Assembly: GCA_029062895.1 (NCBI GenBank)
Contig: JAIDPF010000091.1
Span: 1,502 to 65,501 of the forward strand
DNA: 64,000 nucleotides
DNA from: Lachnospiraceae bacterium
GTDB lineage: Bacteria; Bacillota; Clostridia; Lachnospirales; Lachnospiraceae
Direction of reading: 5' to 3'
Both the position numbers and the translations under genes were made by a program. Every line of letters starts with the position of its first letter. Positions within the stretch are counted from its first letter, which is position 1. The notes below the pieces were generated by a model, which had not been told where the DNA came from, did not search any database, and worked only from the letters and a program-made list of their open reading frames with translations. Below, piece by piece: positions 10,825 to 19,738 of this stretch.

Positions 10825-11493
10825 ATGAAGATTTTTATTGTGGAAGATGATGAAACGCTGGCAGGTGAAATTGCCGGATATCTGATAAAGTGGGGATACG
10901 AAACCCGGATAGCAGAAAATTTTGTTGATATTGCAAAGGAAGTGTCTCTGCTGTCGCCGGATCTTATTCTGATGGATGTAAATCTTCCAAATTATGACGG
11001 GTTTTACTGGTGTGAAAAAATCCGTCAGTATTCCACCGTGCCGATTATTTATATCAGCAGTCGTAATGATGACAGGGATAAGATCATGGCGATTGCCTGG
11101 GGCGGAGACGATTATGTGGAAAAACCCTTTTGTATGGAGTTGTTAAAGGTCAAAGTAGAGGCGCTTTTGCGTAGGACGTATCAGTACAGGGAGAAAAGAG
11201 AGATCCCCCTGTGGGGCGGACTCTGTTTTGACAGCACTTCTCAGATCATGTTTATCGATCATAGGGAAATTGAACTGACAAAGTCGGAACGGCGAATCTT
11301 AGCAAAGCTTCTTGCAGAGCGTCCGAATGTTGTTACCAGAGAAGAACTGAAGATGGAGTTGTGGAGCACGGATGAATTTATTTCAGACGGAGCCTTAACC
11401 ACAGCGCTTTCCCGCCTTCGTTCCAAATTGAAGGAAGCGGCAGGCGGAGAAGTTATTTGTACGAAGAAAGGTAGAGGTTATTTTGTTCCATGA
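10825..11493 (+). CDS. OmpR-family response regulator (BceR/GraR-like)
   Basis: IFIVEDD, LMDVNLPNYDGFYWC, GGDDYVEKPF, C-terminal winged helix; start moved to ATG 10825. Confidence 0.93.
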   Translation: MKIFIVEDDETLAGEIAGYLIKWGYETRIAENFVDIAKEVSLLSPDLILMDVNLPNYDGFYWCEKIRQYSTVPIIYISSRNDDRDKIMAIAWGGDDYVEKPFCMELLKVKVEALLRRTYQYREKREIPLWGGLCFDSTSQIMFIDHREIELTKSERRILAKLLAERPNVVTREELKMELWSTDEFISDGALTTALSRLRSKLKEAAGGEVICTKKGRGYFVP

Positions 11494-12488
11494 AATATTT
11501 ACAGGTCTATTGGAGGAAACGGGCAGGGACGATCATGCTTGTCACTGCTCTGATGATATTTTTTAATCTTTATTACTGGCTTCTTACGAAAGATATTCCG
11601 ATAAAATATCAAAATTATTTTAATCTGTTATTACTGGTGTCATTGCTGATACTTTTTTTCTTTGATTTTTTTGCTTTGCTTCAAGCAGAAAGGCGTAAAG
11701 AGGCAGGGATGCAATCGAATGATGTGGTTTCCACAGAACTGCCGGCGTTTGAAAATCAGGATATTGCACTGCATGATATAGAGATCCTGAAAGCGCATTT
11801 GGAAAGGCGGTCGGAAGAAAACCGTGATCTGCAGGATTACGTGGCGAGATGGTGCCATGAAATCAAGATTCCGCTGGCGGCAGCTCTTTTGATGGATGAG
11901 AAGATCCGGGACGAACAGCTGAGAGGAGATCTGCGGGGACAGTTGGAACGGATCAACCAGCAGGTCCGCTCTATGCTGCTTGGATGCAGGTTGCAGGGAG
12001 ACTGGCTGGATCTCAAGATCGAAAAGACTGATCTTAGGGAATGTGTCAATTTGGCTGTGAAGAACAATCAGTTTTTTTTGATTCAGAAGAACTTTACTCT
12101 GGAAATCCATATGGAAGACCATAAGGTGTATACCGATCCGTCTTGGCTGGTTTATATTCTCGATCAGCTTTTTTCTAATGCGATAAAATATGCCACAGAG
12201 CAGCCATGTCTTATCATTCGTTCTGAAAAAGCAGAGGATGCAGTGATCTTATCTGTGGAAGATCATGGGGAAGGAATCTTGGAAAGTGATATCCGAAGAG
12301 TTTTTGAAAAGGGATTTACCGGAAGCAATCACCATAACGGAAAGTATAAATCCACCGGGATGGGGCTTTATATGGTTTCCAGAGTTGCTGAAAAGCTGGA
12401 ACATGAGATTCGGATCGAAAGTAAAGTTGGGGAATATACAAGGGTGTTGGTGGTGTTTCGGAGATATGGGGGATTGCAGAAAGATTAA
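11490..12488 (+). CDS. Intramembrane-sensing histidine kinase (BceS/GraS-like)
   Basis: Two N-terminal TM helices with no extracellular loop, WCHEIKIP H-box, QLFSNAIKY, EDHGEGI, TGMGLY. Confidence 0.92.
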   Translation: MKYLQVYWRKRAGTIMLVTALMIFFNLYYWLLTKDIPIKYQNYFNLLLLVSLLILFFFDFFALLQAERRKEAGMQSNDVVSTELPAFENQDIALHDIEILKAHLERRSEENRDLQDYVARWCHEIKIPLAAALLMDEKIRDEQLRGDLRGQLERINQQVRSMLLGCRLQGDWLDLKIEKTDLRECVNLAVKNNQFFLIQKNFTLEIHMEDHKVYTDPSWLVYILDQLFSNAIKYATEQPCLIIRSEKAEDAVILSVEDHGEGILESDIRRVFEKGFTGSNHHNGKYKSTGMGLYMVSRVAEKLEHEIRIESKVGEYTRVLVVFRRYGGLQKD

Positions 12489-12532
12489 ACGGATAAAAAT
12501 GATTGAAAGTTGGGAAATTGATATTGAAAGTA

Positions 12533-12590
12533 TGTAAGGTTTCTTACAAAAACTGTAACCTTCCCCTGTGCTTTGTAAGGAAGATGTAAG
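12533..12590 (+). promoter_or_regulatory. Candidate response-regulator binding sites upstream of the BceAB-like transporter
   Basis: Inverted repeat TGTAAG-N4-CTTACA at 12533-12548; direct repeats TGTAAG at 12574 and 12585 (11 bp apart); TGTAAC at 12554. Confidence 0.6.
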
Positions 12591-12666
12591 GATTATTCCT
12601 GTAGATTCTTCTACAATATCTTTATAGATCATGTTAACAAAAGCAGATCAAAGAAGGAGGTTATTT

Positions 12667-13428
12667 ATGAAGAAAGTTGTAGAAGTTGCCGGACTGCAAA
12701 AGAGCTATGGAGGTCGTGGGTTTAAGGCGGTGGCATTAAAAGGCATAGACCTTTGCATTAATGAAAAGGATTTTATCGCTGTTATGGGACCGTCCGGTTC
12801 TGGGAAAACCACGTTGCTAAACATTCTATCGACGATTGATAAGGCATCCCAAGGGACTGTCTTGATCGACGGGATGGATGTTTCCCGTATTTCCAATAAG
12901 GATCTTTCCAAACTACGCAGGGATAAAATCGGATTTATATTTCAGGAGTATAACCTGTTAGATACCATGACATTGCAGGATAATATTGCGCTGCCTTTGT
13001 CCTTGAACGGGGTTTCGGGCCGCATCTGCCTGGAACAGACGGAAGAACTGGCGAAGATGTTTGGTCTGACAGCGCATTTGAAAAAATATCCTTATCAGCT
13101 GTCCGGAGGACAGAAACAGCGGGGTGCAATCTGCAGGGCGCTGATCACGAATCCGCAGATCATCTTTGCCGACGAGCCCACAGGAGCCTTAGACTCCGCT
13201 TCCGGCAGGGAGCTTTTAGAGTGTATGCAGGATGTCAATGAAAACAGGGGCGCCACAATTCTTATGGTCACACATGATCCATTCTGTGCTTCTTATGCAA
13301 AAGATGTATTCTTCTTAAGTGACGGTTCCATTAAATGCAAAATCAGCCGTGGCAGCAGCCGGAAAGAGTTTTATGACCGCATTATAGGGGTAGAAACCTC
13401 CATGGGAGGTGATTTTCTATGCGAATGA
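12667..13428 (+). CDS. ABC transporter ATP-binding protein (BceA-like)
   Basis: [31 protein letters not shown]; ATG 12667 after aaggagg. Confidence 0.93.
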   Translation: MKKVVEVAGLQKSYGGRGFKAVALKGIDLCINEKDFIAVMGPSGSGKTTLLNILSTIDKASQGTVLIDGMDVSRISNKDLSKLRRDKIGFIFQEYNLLDTMTLQDNIALPLSLNGVSGRICLEQTEELAKMFGLTAHLKKYPYQLSGGQKQRGAICRALITNPQIIFADEPTGALDSASGRELLECMQDVNENRGATILMVTHDPFCASYAKDVFFLSDGSIKCKISRGSSRKEFYDRIIGVETSMGGDFLCE

Positions 13429-15311
13429 CAAAACTTGCATTCTTAAATTTTAAGAGCGGTGCCAGAAACTTTTTGTGGCTGATTGTTTCGCTGGCTTTCA
13501 CTGTCATGATTTTTCTCAATTTTGTAAATCTAATATATTCCGATGCATTGATGGAATTGGGGGAACATAATAAGAACTATGTGGATATCATTATCCAAGT
13601 TCTCTGTTTTATTCTGGGGGTATTTTCCTTTTTCTATATCTGGTATGCAACTAATGTATTTCTCACCAGGCGAAAGAAGGAAATAGGAATCTATATCTTT
13701 ATGGGTCTTTCTGGAGAAAAGATCGGGAAAATGTATATGATAGAATCTGCATTAACCGGAATTACGGCGCTTGTGCTGGGACTTTTATTTGGTACTCTGA
13801 CAACAGGGTTATTCCAGATGATCTTACTGACGGCATTGGATATGGAGATTATTATTGATTTTCATGTAAAACTTATGCCGATCGTCATTACCGGTATTGT
13901 ATATGCGGTAATTTATTCCATCTTTGTCTGGAAAGGATATTGGAATATTGCAAGAAGCAGTGTGCTTGATATGATTTCTGCGGCAAAGAGAAATGAATAT
14001 GTAAGGCAGAACTCCATTCTTCTATTTTTGAAAACCATTCTTGGGTGCGGGGTGCTTGGGAGCGGTTATTATATGGCAGTTAAGGATGCAGGACAGGAAC
14101 TGCTGGGCAATGTGATGATAGCAGTAGTGCTGGTAACTATCGGCGTATATCTGCTGTTCGGAGGTTTGATTCCATTGGTTTTTCAGAGGATGGCTGCGCA
14201 TAAAGCTTTTCTATATCAGAAGCAGCGGAATCTGTGGATCAATCAGATGATTTTTCGTATGAAAAAAAACTACCGGACTTATGCTATGGCAAGCGTACTG
14301 GCGCTATCTGCCGTTACAGCGCTTGCTACGGGATTTGCCATGAAGAACCGTTATGATAATATCGTTTCTTTTGAAAATACTTATACCTTTCAGTTTCTGA
14401 CAAATCAGGAAAGTATCGGAGAGCAGGCTGCGGCTATTATAGGAGACAGCCTCCTGTATCAGGGCGGGGTTCCGATTGTGATGTTGAAGGCAGAAGATGG
14501 AGATTCCGGCTGGGGTCGTTCCGGTTATCTGATGGTTTCCTGGTCGGGACTACGGGAACTGGCGGCAGCAGCAAGGTTGGAATTTGATCTGGAGGAACCA
14601 GGGGAAAACGAGGTCATTTCCTTGAGTAATATGCCATTATTATCACTTACCAATGAAGAACGGGGGACCAGAATCATTGCCGGCAGATCCTATGAACAGA
14701 TTATGACAACGCGTGTGCCTTACTTTGGTTATCTGCAGGAGCAAGGGTCTATTTATGCGGTAAGTGATACGGAATATGAGCAGCTAGCGTCTGAGGGGGA
14801 AGAACTCTATACCTTTCATTACAGAATCTCGAATCCTGCTGATTTTGAACGGATAAAGGAAGCCTTAAACGTCCTAAGCAGTAATACGGAGGAGAATTAT
14901 ACAGGGCGCGTGGCGATAGATCCCTATAATAATGATATTGGATGGATTAAGGCATTATATCCTTTTTGCATCTTTCTGTTCATGGTCTTTGCCATGGCAA
15001 GCGGATGTATCATGTTAATGAAGGTCATCAATGATTCGGTGGAAGAAAAGCCACGTTATGAAGTTTTAGGAAAGCTGGGGATTGACAGAAAGATTTTACG
15101 CAGATCCGTTGCCTGTGAACTGGCGGCAGCATACGGTTCATCCTTTCTGGTTATGGCGGTTTCGTCCTATTTTTCGGTGCTGGCGCTGGCAAAAACCATG
15201 TTTACGAACCTGATTTCTGTCAATATTGTGAGTGTTTTGGTAATATTCGCTATTTTTGTTGTTTTTTATCTATGCTCTTTGACGGCGTATCAGAAAACGG
15301 CAGGGATATGA
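13419..15311 (+). CDS. FtsX-like ABC permease (BceB-like)
   Basis: RRKKEIGIYIFMG, large extracellular loop, RYEVLGKLG, ~10 TM helices; 630 aa. Confidence 0.9.
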   Translation: MRMTKLAFLNFKSGARNFLWLIVSLAFTVMIFLNFVNLIYSDALMELGEHNKNYVDIIIQVLCFILGVFSFFYIWYATNVFLTRRKKEIGIYIFMGLSGEKIGKMYMIESALTGITALVLGLLFGTLTTGLFQMILLTALDMEIIIDFHVKLMPIVITGIVYAVIYSIFVWKGYWNIARSSVLDMISAAKRNEYVRQNSILLFLKTILGCGVLGSGYYMAVKDAGQELLGNVMIAVVLVTIGVYLLFGGLIPLVFQRMAAHKAFLYQKQRNLWINQMIFRMKKNYRTYAMASVLALSAVTALATGFAMKNRYDNIVSFENTYTFQFLTNQESIGEQAAAIIGDSLLYQGGVPIVMLKAEDGDSGWGRSGYLMVSWSGLRELAAAARLEFDLEEPGENEVISLSNMPLLSLTNEERGTRIIAGRSYEQIMTTRVPYFGYLQEQGSIYAVSDTEYEQLASEGEELYTFHYRISNPADFERIKEALNVLSSNTEENYTGRVAIDPYNNDIGWIKALYPFCIFLFMVFAMASGCIMLMKVINDSVEEKPRYEVLGKLGIDRKILRRSVACELAAAYGSSFLVMAVSSYFSVLALAKTMFTNLISVNIVSVLVIFAIFVVFYLCSLTAYQKTAGI

Positions 15312-15383
15312 CAGCGATTCGGATAATAGGGTTAAATGTCGGCAGCTGAAAAGGTGTAGATGCACATCAAAATACAAACAGCG

Positions 15384-15420
15384 AAAAAGGAGGCTTAGAT
15401 ACGTTTAAGCCTCCTTTTTT
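15384..15420 (+). terminator. Intrinsic terminator
   Basis: aaaaaggaggctta / taagcctcctttttt. Confidence 0.85.
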
Positions 15421-15606
15421 AAATTAAAATTTTAAAAACACTTTACATATTTAAAAAAACGGTGTAATATAGTATTTAATACTACATATAATAATTTTAA
15501 AAATTATTATATAGTAACAAATATTATATTTCGAAAAAAAGTGGAAAAGATAAATTTAAGATAGTTTTAAAGATGTGAGCCGCTGAAGGCGGCAAGGAGG
15601 TGTATT

Positions 15607-16254
15607 ATGACGAAGGTAGAAAGTTTTAACGGACAGAGCGTATTAGAAGAAGTTGCCAATTCCATATCCCATGGAACAGGAGCGTTGTTGGCGGCAGCAG
15701 GTACGTGGATCTTAATCGTTTATGCATCCATGCATTCGGATACCATCGGTTTAGTCAGCGCGGCATTATATGGTGCAAGTCTGATCTTGCTGTACAGTGT
15801 GTCTTCCCTTTATCATGCCATGACCAGATATAAGGCGAAAAGGGTATTTCAGATTCTTGACCATTGTTCCATCTTTGTTTTGATCTGGGGAACCTATATT
15901 CCGGTAGCCTTATCTCTGGTTGGCGGCGTGAAAGGATGGATTATCTTTGGGGTTCAGGCCGCCTGTGCGGTGATCGGAATTGTATTAAATGCTATTGATC
16001 TGAAGCGTTTTCACCGGTTTTCCCTTGTGCTTTATGTAGTCATGGGATGGGCAATTGTGGTATCTGCCAATACGGTACTCTCCATGATTGACAGAACGGG
16101 ATTTTGGCTTCTTCTTGGCGGCGGCATTGCATATACCGCAGGAATTTATTTCTATGTAAAGAATAACCAGAAATATATGCATTTTATCTGGCATCTGTTT
16201 GTCATCGCAGGAAGTCTGCTTCATTATTTCTTTGTTCTTATGTACTGCCTTTAA
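15607..16254 (+). CDS. Hemolysin III / PAQR family membrane protein
   Basis: EEVANSISHG, SSLYH, LDHCSIF, HFIWHLFV motifs. Confidence 0.93.
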   Translation: MTKVESFNGQSVLEEVANSISHGTGALLAAAGTWILIVYASMHSDTIGLVSAALYGASLILLYSVSSLYHAMTRYKAKRVFQILDHCSIFVLIWGTYIPVALSLVGGVKGWIIFGVQAACAVIGIVLNAIDLKRFHRFSLVLYVVMGWAIVVSANTVLSMIDRTGFWLLLGGGIAYTAGIYFYVKNNQKYMHFIWHLFVIAGSLLHYFFVLMYCL

Positions 16255-16328
16255 ATAATATATGGATCAAAATATTTTAAAACTGTCGTATTAGATATGC
16301 GGCGGTTTTTTCATGGTAAAATAAGCTC

Positions 16329-16461
16329 AAGAATCCAGCCGCTACGCGTCTGTCGCGCTGTCGCGCTTAAAATCTGCTTTGCAGATTAGATTCTTTCGCT
16401 ACCATGTCAGGTGAAATCAAATGCTCACTGCGTTCGCGCTTGATTTCCTGCTGACATGGTA
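16329..16461. repeat. Hairpin-rich intergenic element (REP/MITE-like)
   Basis: Nested inverted repeats aagaatc/gattctt, aatctgc/gcagatt, taccatgtcag/ctgacatggta, gaaatcaa/ttgatttc. Confidence 0.6.
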
Positions 16462-16642
16462 TATAATTCTGTGGCTGTTTTGGAGAGAATGCAACCGCTA
16501 ATAAGGTCGGTTGCAACCGTTGTTTGACAAATTGTCCGATGGCATTTTCTTGTATGCAACCGGAGGACATGATAATGTTTAAGCAAGCTATAGCGAATTG
16601 CCATTGAATATTATAGAATAGGAGAAGGAGGAGAGATGTAAA

Positions 16643-17653
16643 ATGATCTTGGCAGATAAAATATTATATGAAAGAAAGAAAAACGGATATTCCCAGGAGG
16701 AGCTGGCGGATAAACTGGGTGTCACCAGGCAGGCGATTTCTAAGTGGGAGGGCGCACAGTCAACTCCGGATCTGCAGAGGATCCTGCAAATGAGCGAATT
16801 ATTCGGAGTATCGGTGGATTACTTATTAAAAGATGAAATAGAAGCGGATGAATTAAGCAGCAATCCCAAAGAGGAGACTCCATCCATCCGCAGGATCAGT
16901 ATGGAAGATGCGAGCGAATATCTCCGTATTATAAAAGAAAATGCGCCCCAAATTGCATTAGGTGTAATAATGTGTATCTTATCACCTATTTGTCTGATCC
17001 TGCTTGGAACCTGTGCGGAAGGAAATTTAATTCCCCTGTCGGAAGATGCTGCCGGTGGGATAGGAATAATGATACTTCTAGCAATCGTTGCGGTTGCCTG
17101 CGGAATCTTCTTATCATGCAGTGCGAAGATAAAACCATACACGTTTCTTGAAAAGGAAGTCTTTGAGTCGGAATATGGGGTGACCGGGATGGTGGAGGAG
17201 AAGAAAAAGGGATACCAGAGCGTATATAATCTATATAATATTACTGGTACGGTGATATGCTTTATTGGTGCAATTGTGCTGTTTGCCGCCGCATTCTTTG
17301 GGGAAAATGATTTGCCTGCTGCGATTTGCTTTTGCTTAATGTTAGTGATTGTTTCCATTGGAGTAAGATTTTTTGTGATTGCTAGCATGATACAAGGATC
17401 TTTTGAAAGATTACTGCAAGAAGAAAAATATTGTATTGCTGCAAAAGAAAAAGCAAAGATGTCTATTAAACCAGCTATAAGCGCGGTATACTGGCTTGTG
17501 GTTACAGCAATCTTCCTGGCTTTCACTTTGGGCGCTAAGACGGAAATGATTCCTGAGGAAATGATGGAAATTAGGATCATCTGGCCGGTTGCGGGAGTTC
17601 TCTTTCCGATTGTCCTGATCATTGTAAACTTATTGGAAAATAAAGGGAAATAG
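16643..17653 (+). CDS. XRE-family HTH regulator with C-terminal membrane domain
   Basis: SQEELADKLGVTRQAISKWE...PDL HTH followed by about six hydrophobic segments. Confidence 0.9.
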   Translation: MILADKILYERKKNGYSQEELADKLGVTRQAISKWEGAQSTPDLQRILQMSELFGVSVDYLLKDEIEADELSSNPKEETPSIRRISMEDASEYLRIIKENAPQIALGVIMCILSPICLILLGTCAEGNLIPLSEDAAGGIGIMILLAIVAVACGIFLSCSAKIKPYTFLEKEVFESEYGVTGMVEEKKKGYQSVYNLYNITGTVICFIGAIVLFAAAFFGENDLPAAICFCLMLVIVSIGVRFFVIASMIQGSFERLLQEEKYCIAAKEKAKMSIKPAISAVYWLVVTAIFLAFTLGAKTEMIPEEMMEIRIIWPVAGVLFPIVLIIVNLLENKGK

Positions 17654-17688
17654 ATTTGAAAGGAAAGCACTTTCAGAGAACAGAATAT

Positions 17689-17757
17689 AAAAAATCAAGA
17701 GCTGTTTCGTTTACCCGGATTACAATTCTTCGGGGTCTGAACAGCTCTGATTTTTTT
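17689..17757. terminator. Bidirectional terminator between convergent genes
   Basis: aaaaaatca-agagctgtt ... aacagctct-gattttttt. Confidence 0.75.
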
Positions 17758-17787
17758 AACATATGCCGGGTGTCCGCGTATCAATGA

Positions 17788-18564
17788 TTACTGTACATTC
17801 AGATCATTGATCGTGGCGGTGAGACGAGAAAGTCTCACATCTATTTCTTTGCTGGTTTCCGCCATACCGCTTGCAAGTTTCTGCACCTCGGCTGCAACCA
17901 CAGAAAATCCCTTGCCGCTTTCTCCGGCGCGGGCTGCTTCTATAGATGCGTTAAGAGAAAGAATATTTTGTTTCTTACTGAATGCAGCGATCTGTGCAGT
18001 ACATGTATTCGCAGCAGTAATTTCTTCAGCAGCCTGAGCAATGCCGTTTTTCAGCTTTTCCAGCAGACGTTCGTTTTGCTTCTCCTGATAGCTTGAACGC
18101 ACAAACATATTGATAACATCACCTAAAAGATTCGCTGATGCCTCGATCTGTTCTCTGGACTTTACAGTAACTTTATGTAATGCTTCAATGTAGGTATCTT
18201 CGTCAATGTCAAGTTCCCTTGCAACGGCACGGAATTTTTCTTCATCTGGATTTTCGGGAAGAACCTGCCCGCCGATGACGCTGCCCAAAACAGTTCCGTC
18301 GCTTAAAGTAATGGGAATTCCGAAATCAACCAGACCAGCGTGGCAGGCATATACGCCGTTCCCTTCCTGATCGCACTTTTCACACCGTCTGCATCCTTCT
18401 TTACTTCCTCTTGTTAATTTGATACAAAAGTCAGTAAAATTGTAACAGTCGCTGATGTACTTTCCGTCAGCGCCTACTGCAACGGTAGCCAATCCTGTAC
18501 TTTTTGCCCAGCTGTCCATAATGCTTTCAAATTTTTCCATATCACAAAATTCGCTGATTTCCAT
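17788..18564 (-). CDS. Soluble PocR-sensor-domain protein with short methyl-accepting chemotaxis signalling segment
   Basis: PocR-like [31 protein letters not shown]; MCP core [25 protein letters not shown]; no TM; start ATG 18564 after agaaagg. Confidence 0.85.
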   Translation of the reverse strand: MEISEFCDMEKFESIMDSWAKSTGLATVAVGADGKYISDCYNFTDFCIKLTRGSKEGCRRCEKCDQEGNGVYACHAGLVDFGIPITLSDGTVLGSVIGGQVLPENPDEEKFRAVARELDIDEDTYIEALHKVTVKSREQIEASANLLGDVINMFVRSSYQEKQNERLLEKLKNGIAQAAEEITAANTCTAQIAAFSKKQNILSLNASIEAARAGESGKGFSVVAAEVQKLASGMAETSKEIDVRLSRLTATINDLNVQ

Positions 18565-18833
18565 AGTTTCTTTCCTTTCTGATGCTGATTTCATTATAAA
18601 CTATCGGTAAAAAAAGTCAATGAAATATCGGTAATTCGGAACCCGGTATTCAGAAAGGATTCAAGCGGATTTAAGGAATAATTACATAAATTAATCAGCC
18701 GTGTTCTGCATAATTTAGTAGAAAGCAACGAATTGACTGATGATATAGATTGATGTAAAATATTAATGCTGAAATTATAGGTTGTGTAGAAATCTAGGAT
18801 TTTTAGAAATAAATAATAAGGAAGGTATCGTCT

Positions 18834-19712
18834 ATGTTTAAAATTTTAAAGGCGGAAGAACTGACAGACAACATCTTTTTGATGGACGTCGAGGCACCAA
18901 GAGTTGCCAAATCCTGCCAGCCGGGACAATTTGTGATCGTCAGGACGGATGAGGAAGCGGAAAGAATTCCTCTGACAATCTGCGATTATGACAGGGAGAA
19001 GGGAACGATCACCATCGTACTTCAGATCGTGGGCGCTGGAACGCAGATCATGGCTGGATTAAAAGCTGGTGACAGCTTTGCTGATTTTGTAGGACCTCTG
19101 GGATGTCCTTCCGAATTTGTTCATGAGCCAATTGAAGAGTTAAAGAAGAAAAAGATATTATTCGTAGCGGGCGGCGTTGGTACTGCTCCGGTTTATCCGC
19201 AGGTGAAATGGCTTCATGAGCATGGAATCGATGCGGATGTCATTGTCGGGGCAAAGACGAAGAGCTTACTGATCTTAGAGAAAGAGATGGAAGCTGTTGC
19301 AGGTAATTTGTATGTTACGACAGATGACGGATCTTATGGAAGAAGCGGTATGGTAACACAAACCATTAAAGATCTTGTTGAGGAAGGAAAGCATTACGAT
19401 ACCTGCGTTGCCATCGGACCGATGATCATGATGAAATTTGTCTGTCTGATGACGAAGGATCTGAATATTCCCACGATCGTCAGTCTCAATCCGATTATGG
19501 TTGACGGTACCGGCATGTGCGGCGCATGTCGTGTAACTGTGGGTGACGAGGTGAAATTTGCCTGTGTTGACGGACCGGAATTTGACGGCCACAAAGTAAA
19601 CTTTGATGAGGCAATGAGACGTCAGCAGATGTATAAGACCGAGGAGGGAAGAGCATTCCTTGCTGCGAAGGAAGGGGATACCCACCACGGCGGATGCGGA
19701 AATTGCAATTAG
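18834..19712 (+). CDS. nfnA: NADH-dependent reduced ferredoxin:NADP+ oxidoreductase subunit A (FAD, 2Fe-2S)
   Basis: PGQFVIVR, ERIPLTI, GGVGTAP, MVDGTGMCGACR, CVDGPEF; adjacent to a GltD-like gene. Confidence 0.85.
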   Translation: MFKILKAEELTDNIFLMDVEAPRVAKSCQPGQFVIVRTDEEAERIPLTICDYDREKGTITIVLQIVGAGTQIMAGLKAGDSFADFVGPLGCPSEFVHEPIEELKKKKILFVAGGVGTAPVYPQVKWLHEHGIDADVIVGAKTKSLLILEKEMEAVAGNLYVTTDDGSYGRSGMVTQTIKDLVEEGKHYDTCVAIGPMIMMKFVCLMTKDLNIPTIVSLNPIMVDGTGMCGACRVTVGDEVKFACVDGPEFDGHKVNFDEAMRRQQMYKTEEGRAFLAAKEGDTHHGGCGNCN

Positions 19713-19738
19713 ATTGAGTTTGAGAAAGGGGAAAATAG

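Noticed and set aside
16575-16607. Micro-ORF MFKQAIANCH with a GGAGG RBS before the XRE-TM gene
   Set aside because: Too short to support; may be a remnant of a lost upstream gene.
18660-18830. Rex or GlnR/TnrA box upstream of nfnAB
   Set aside because: No convincing match to TTGTGAA-N4-TTCACAA or TGTNA-N7-TNACA.
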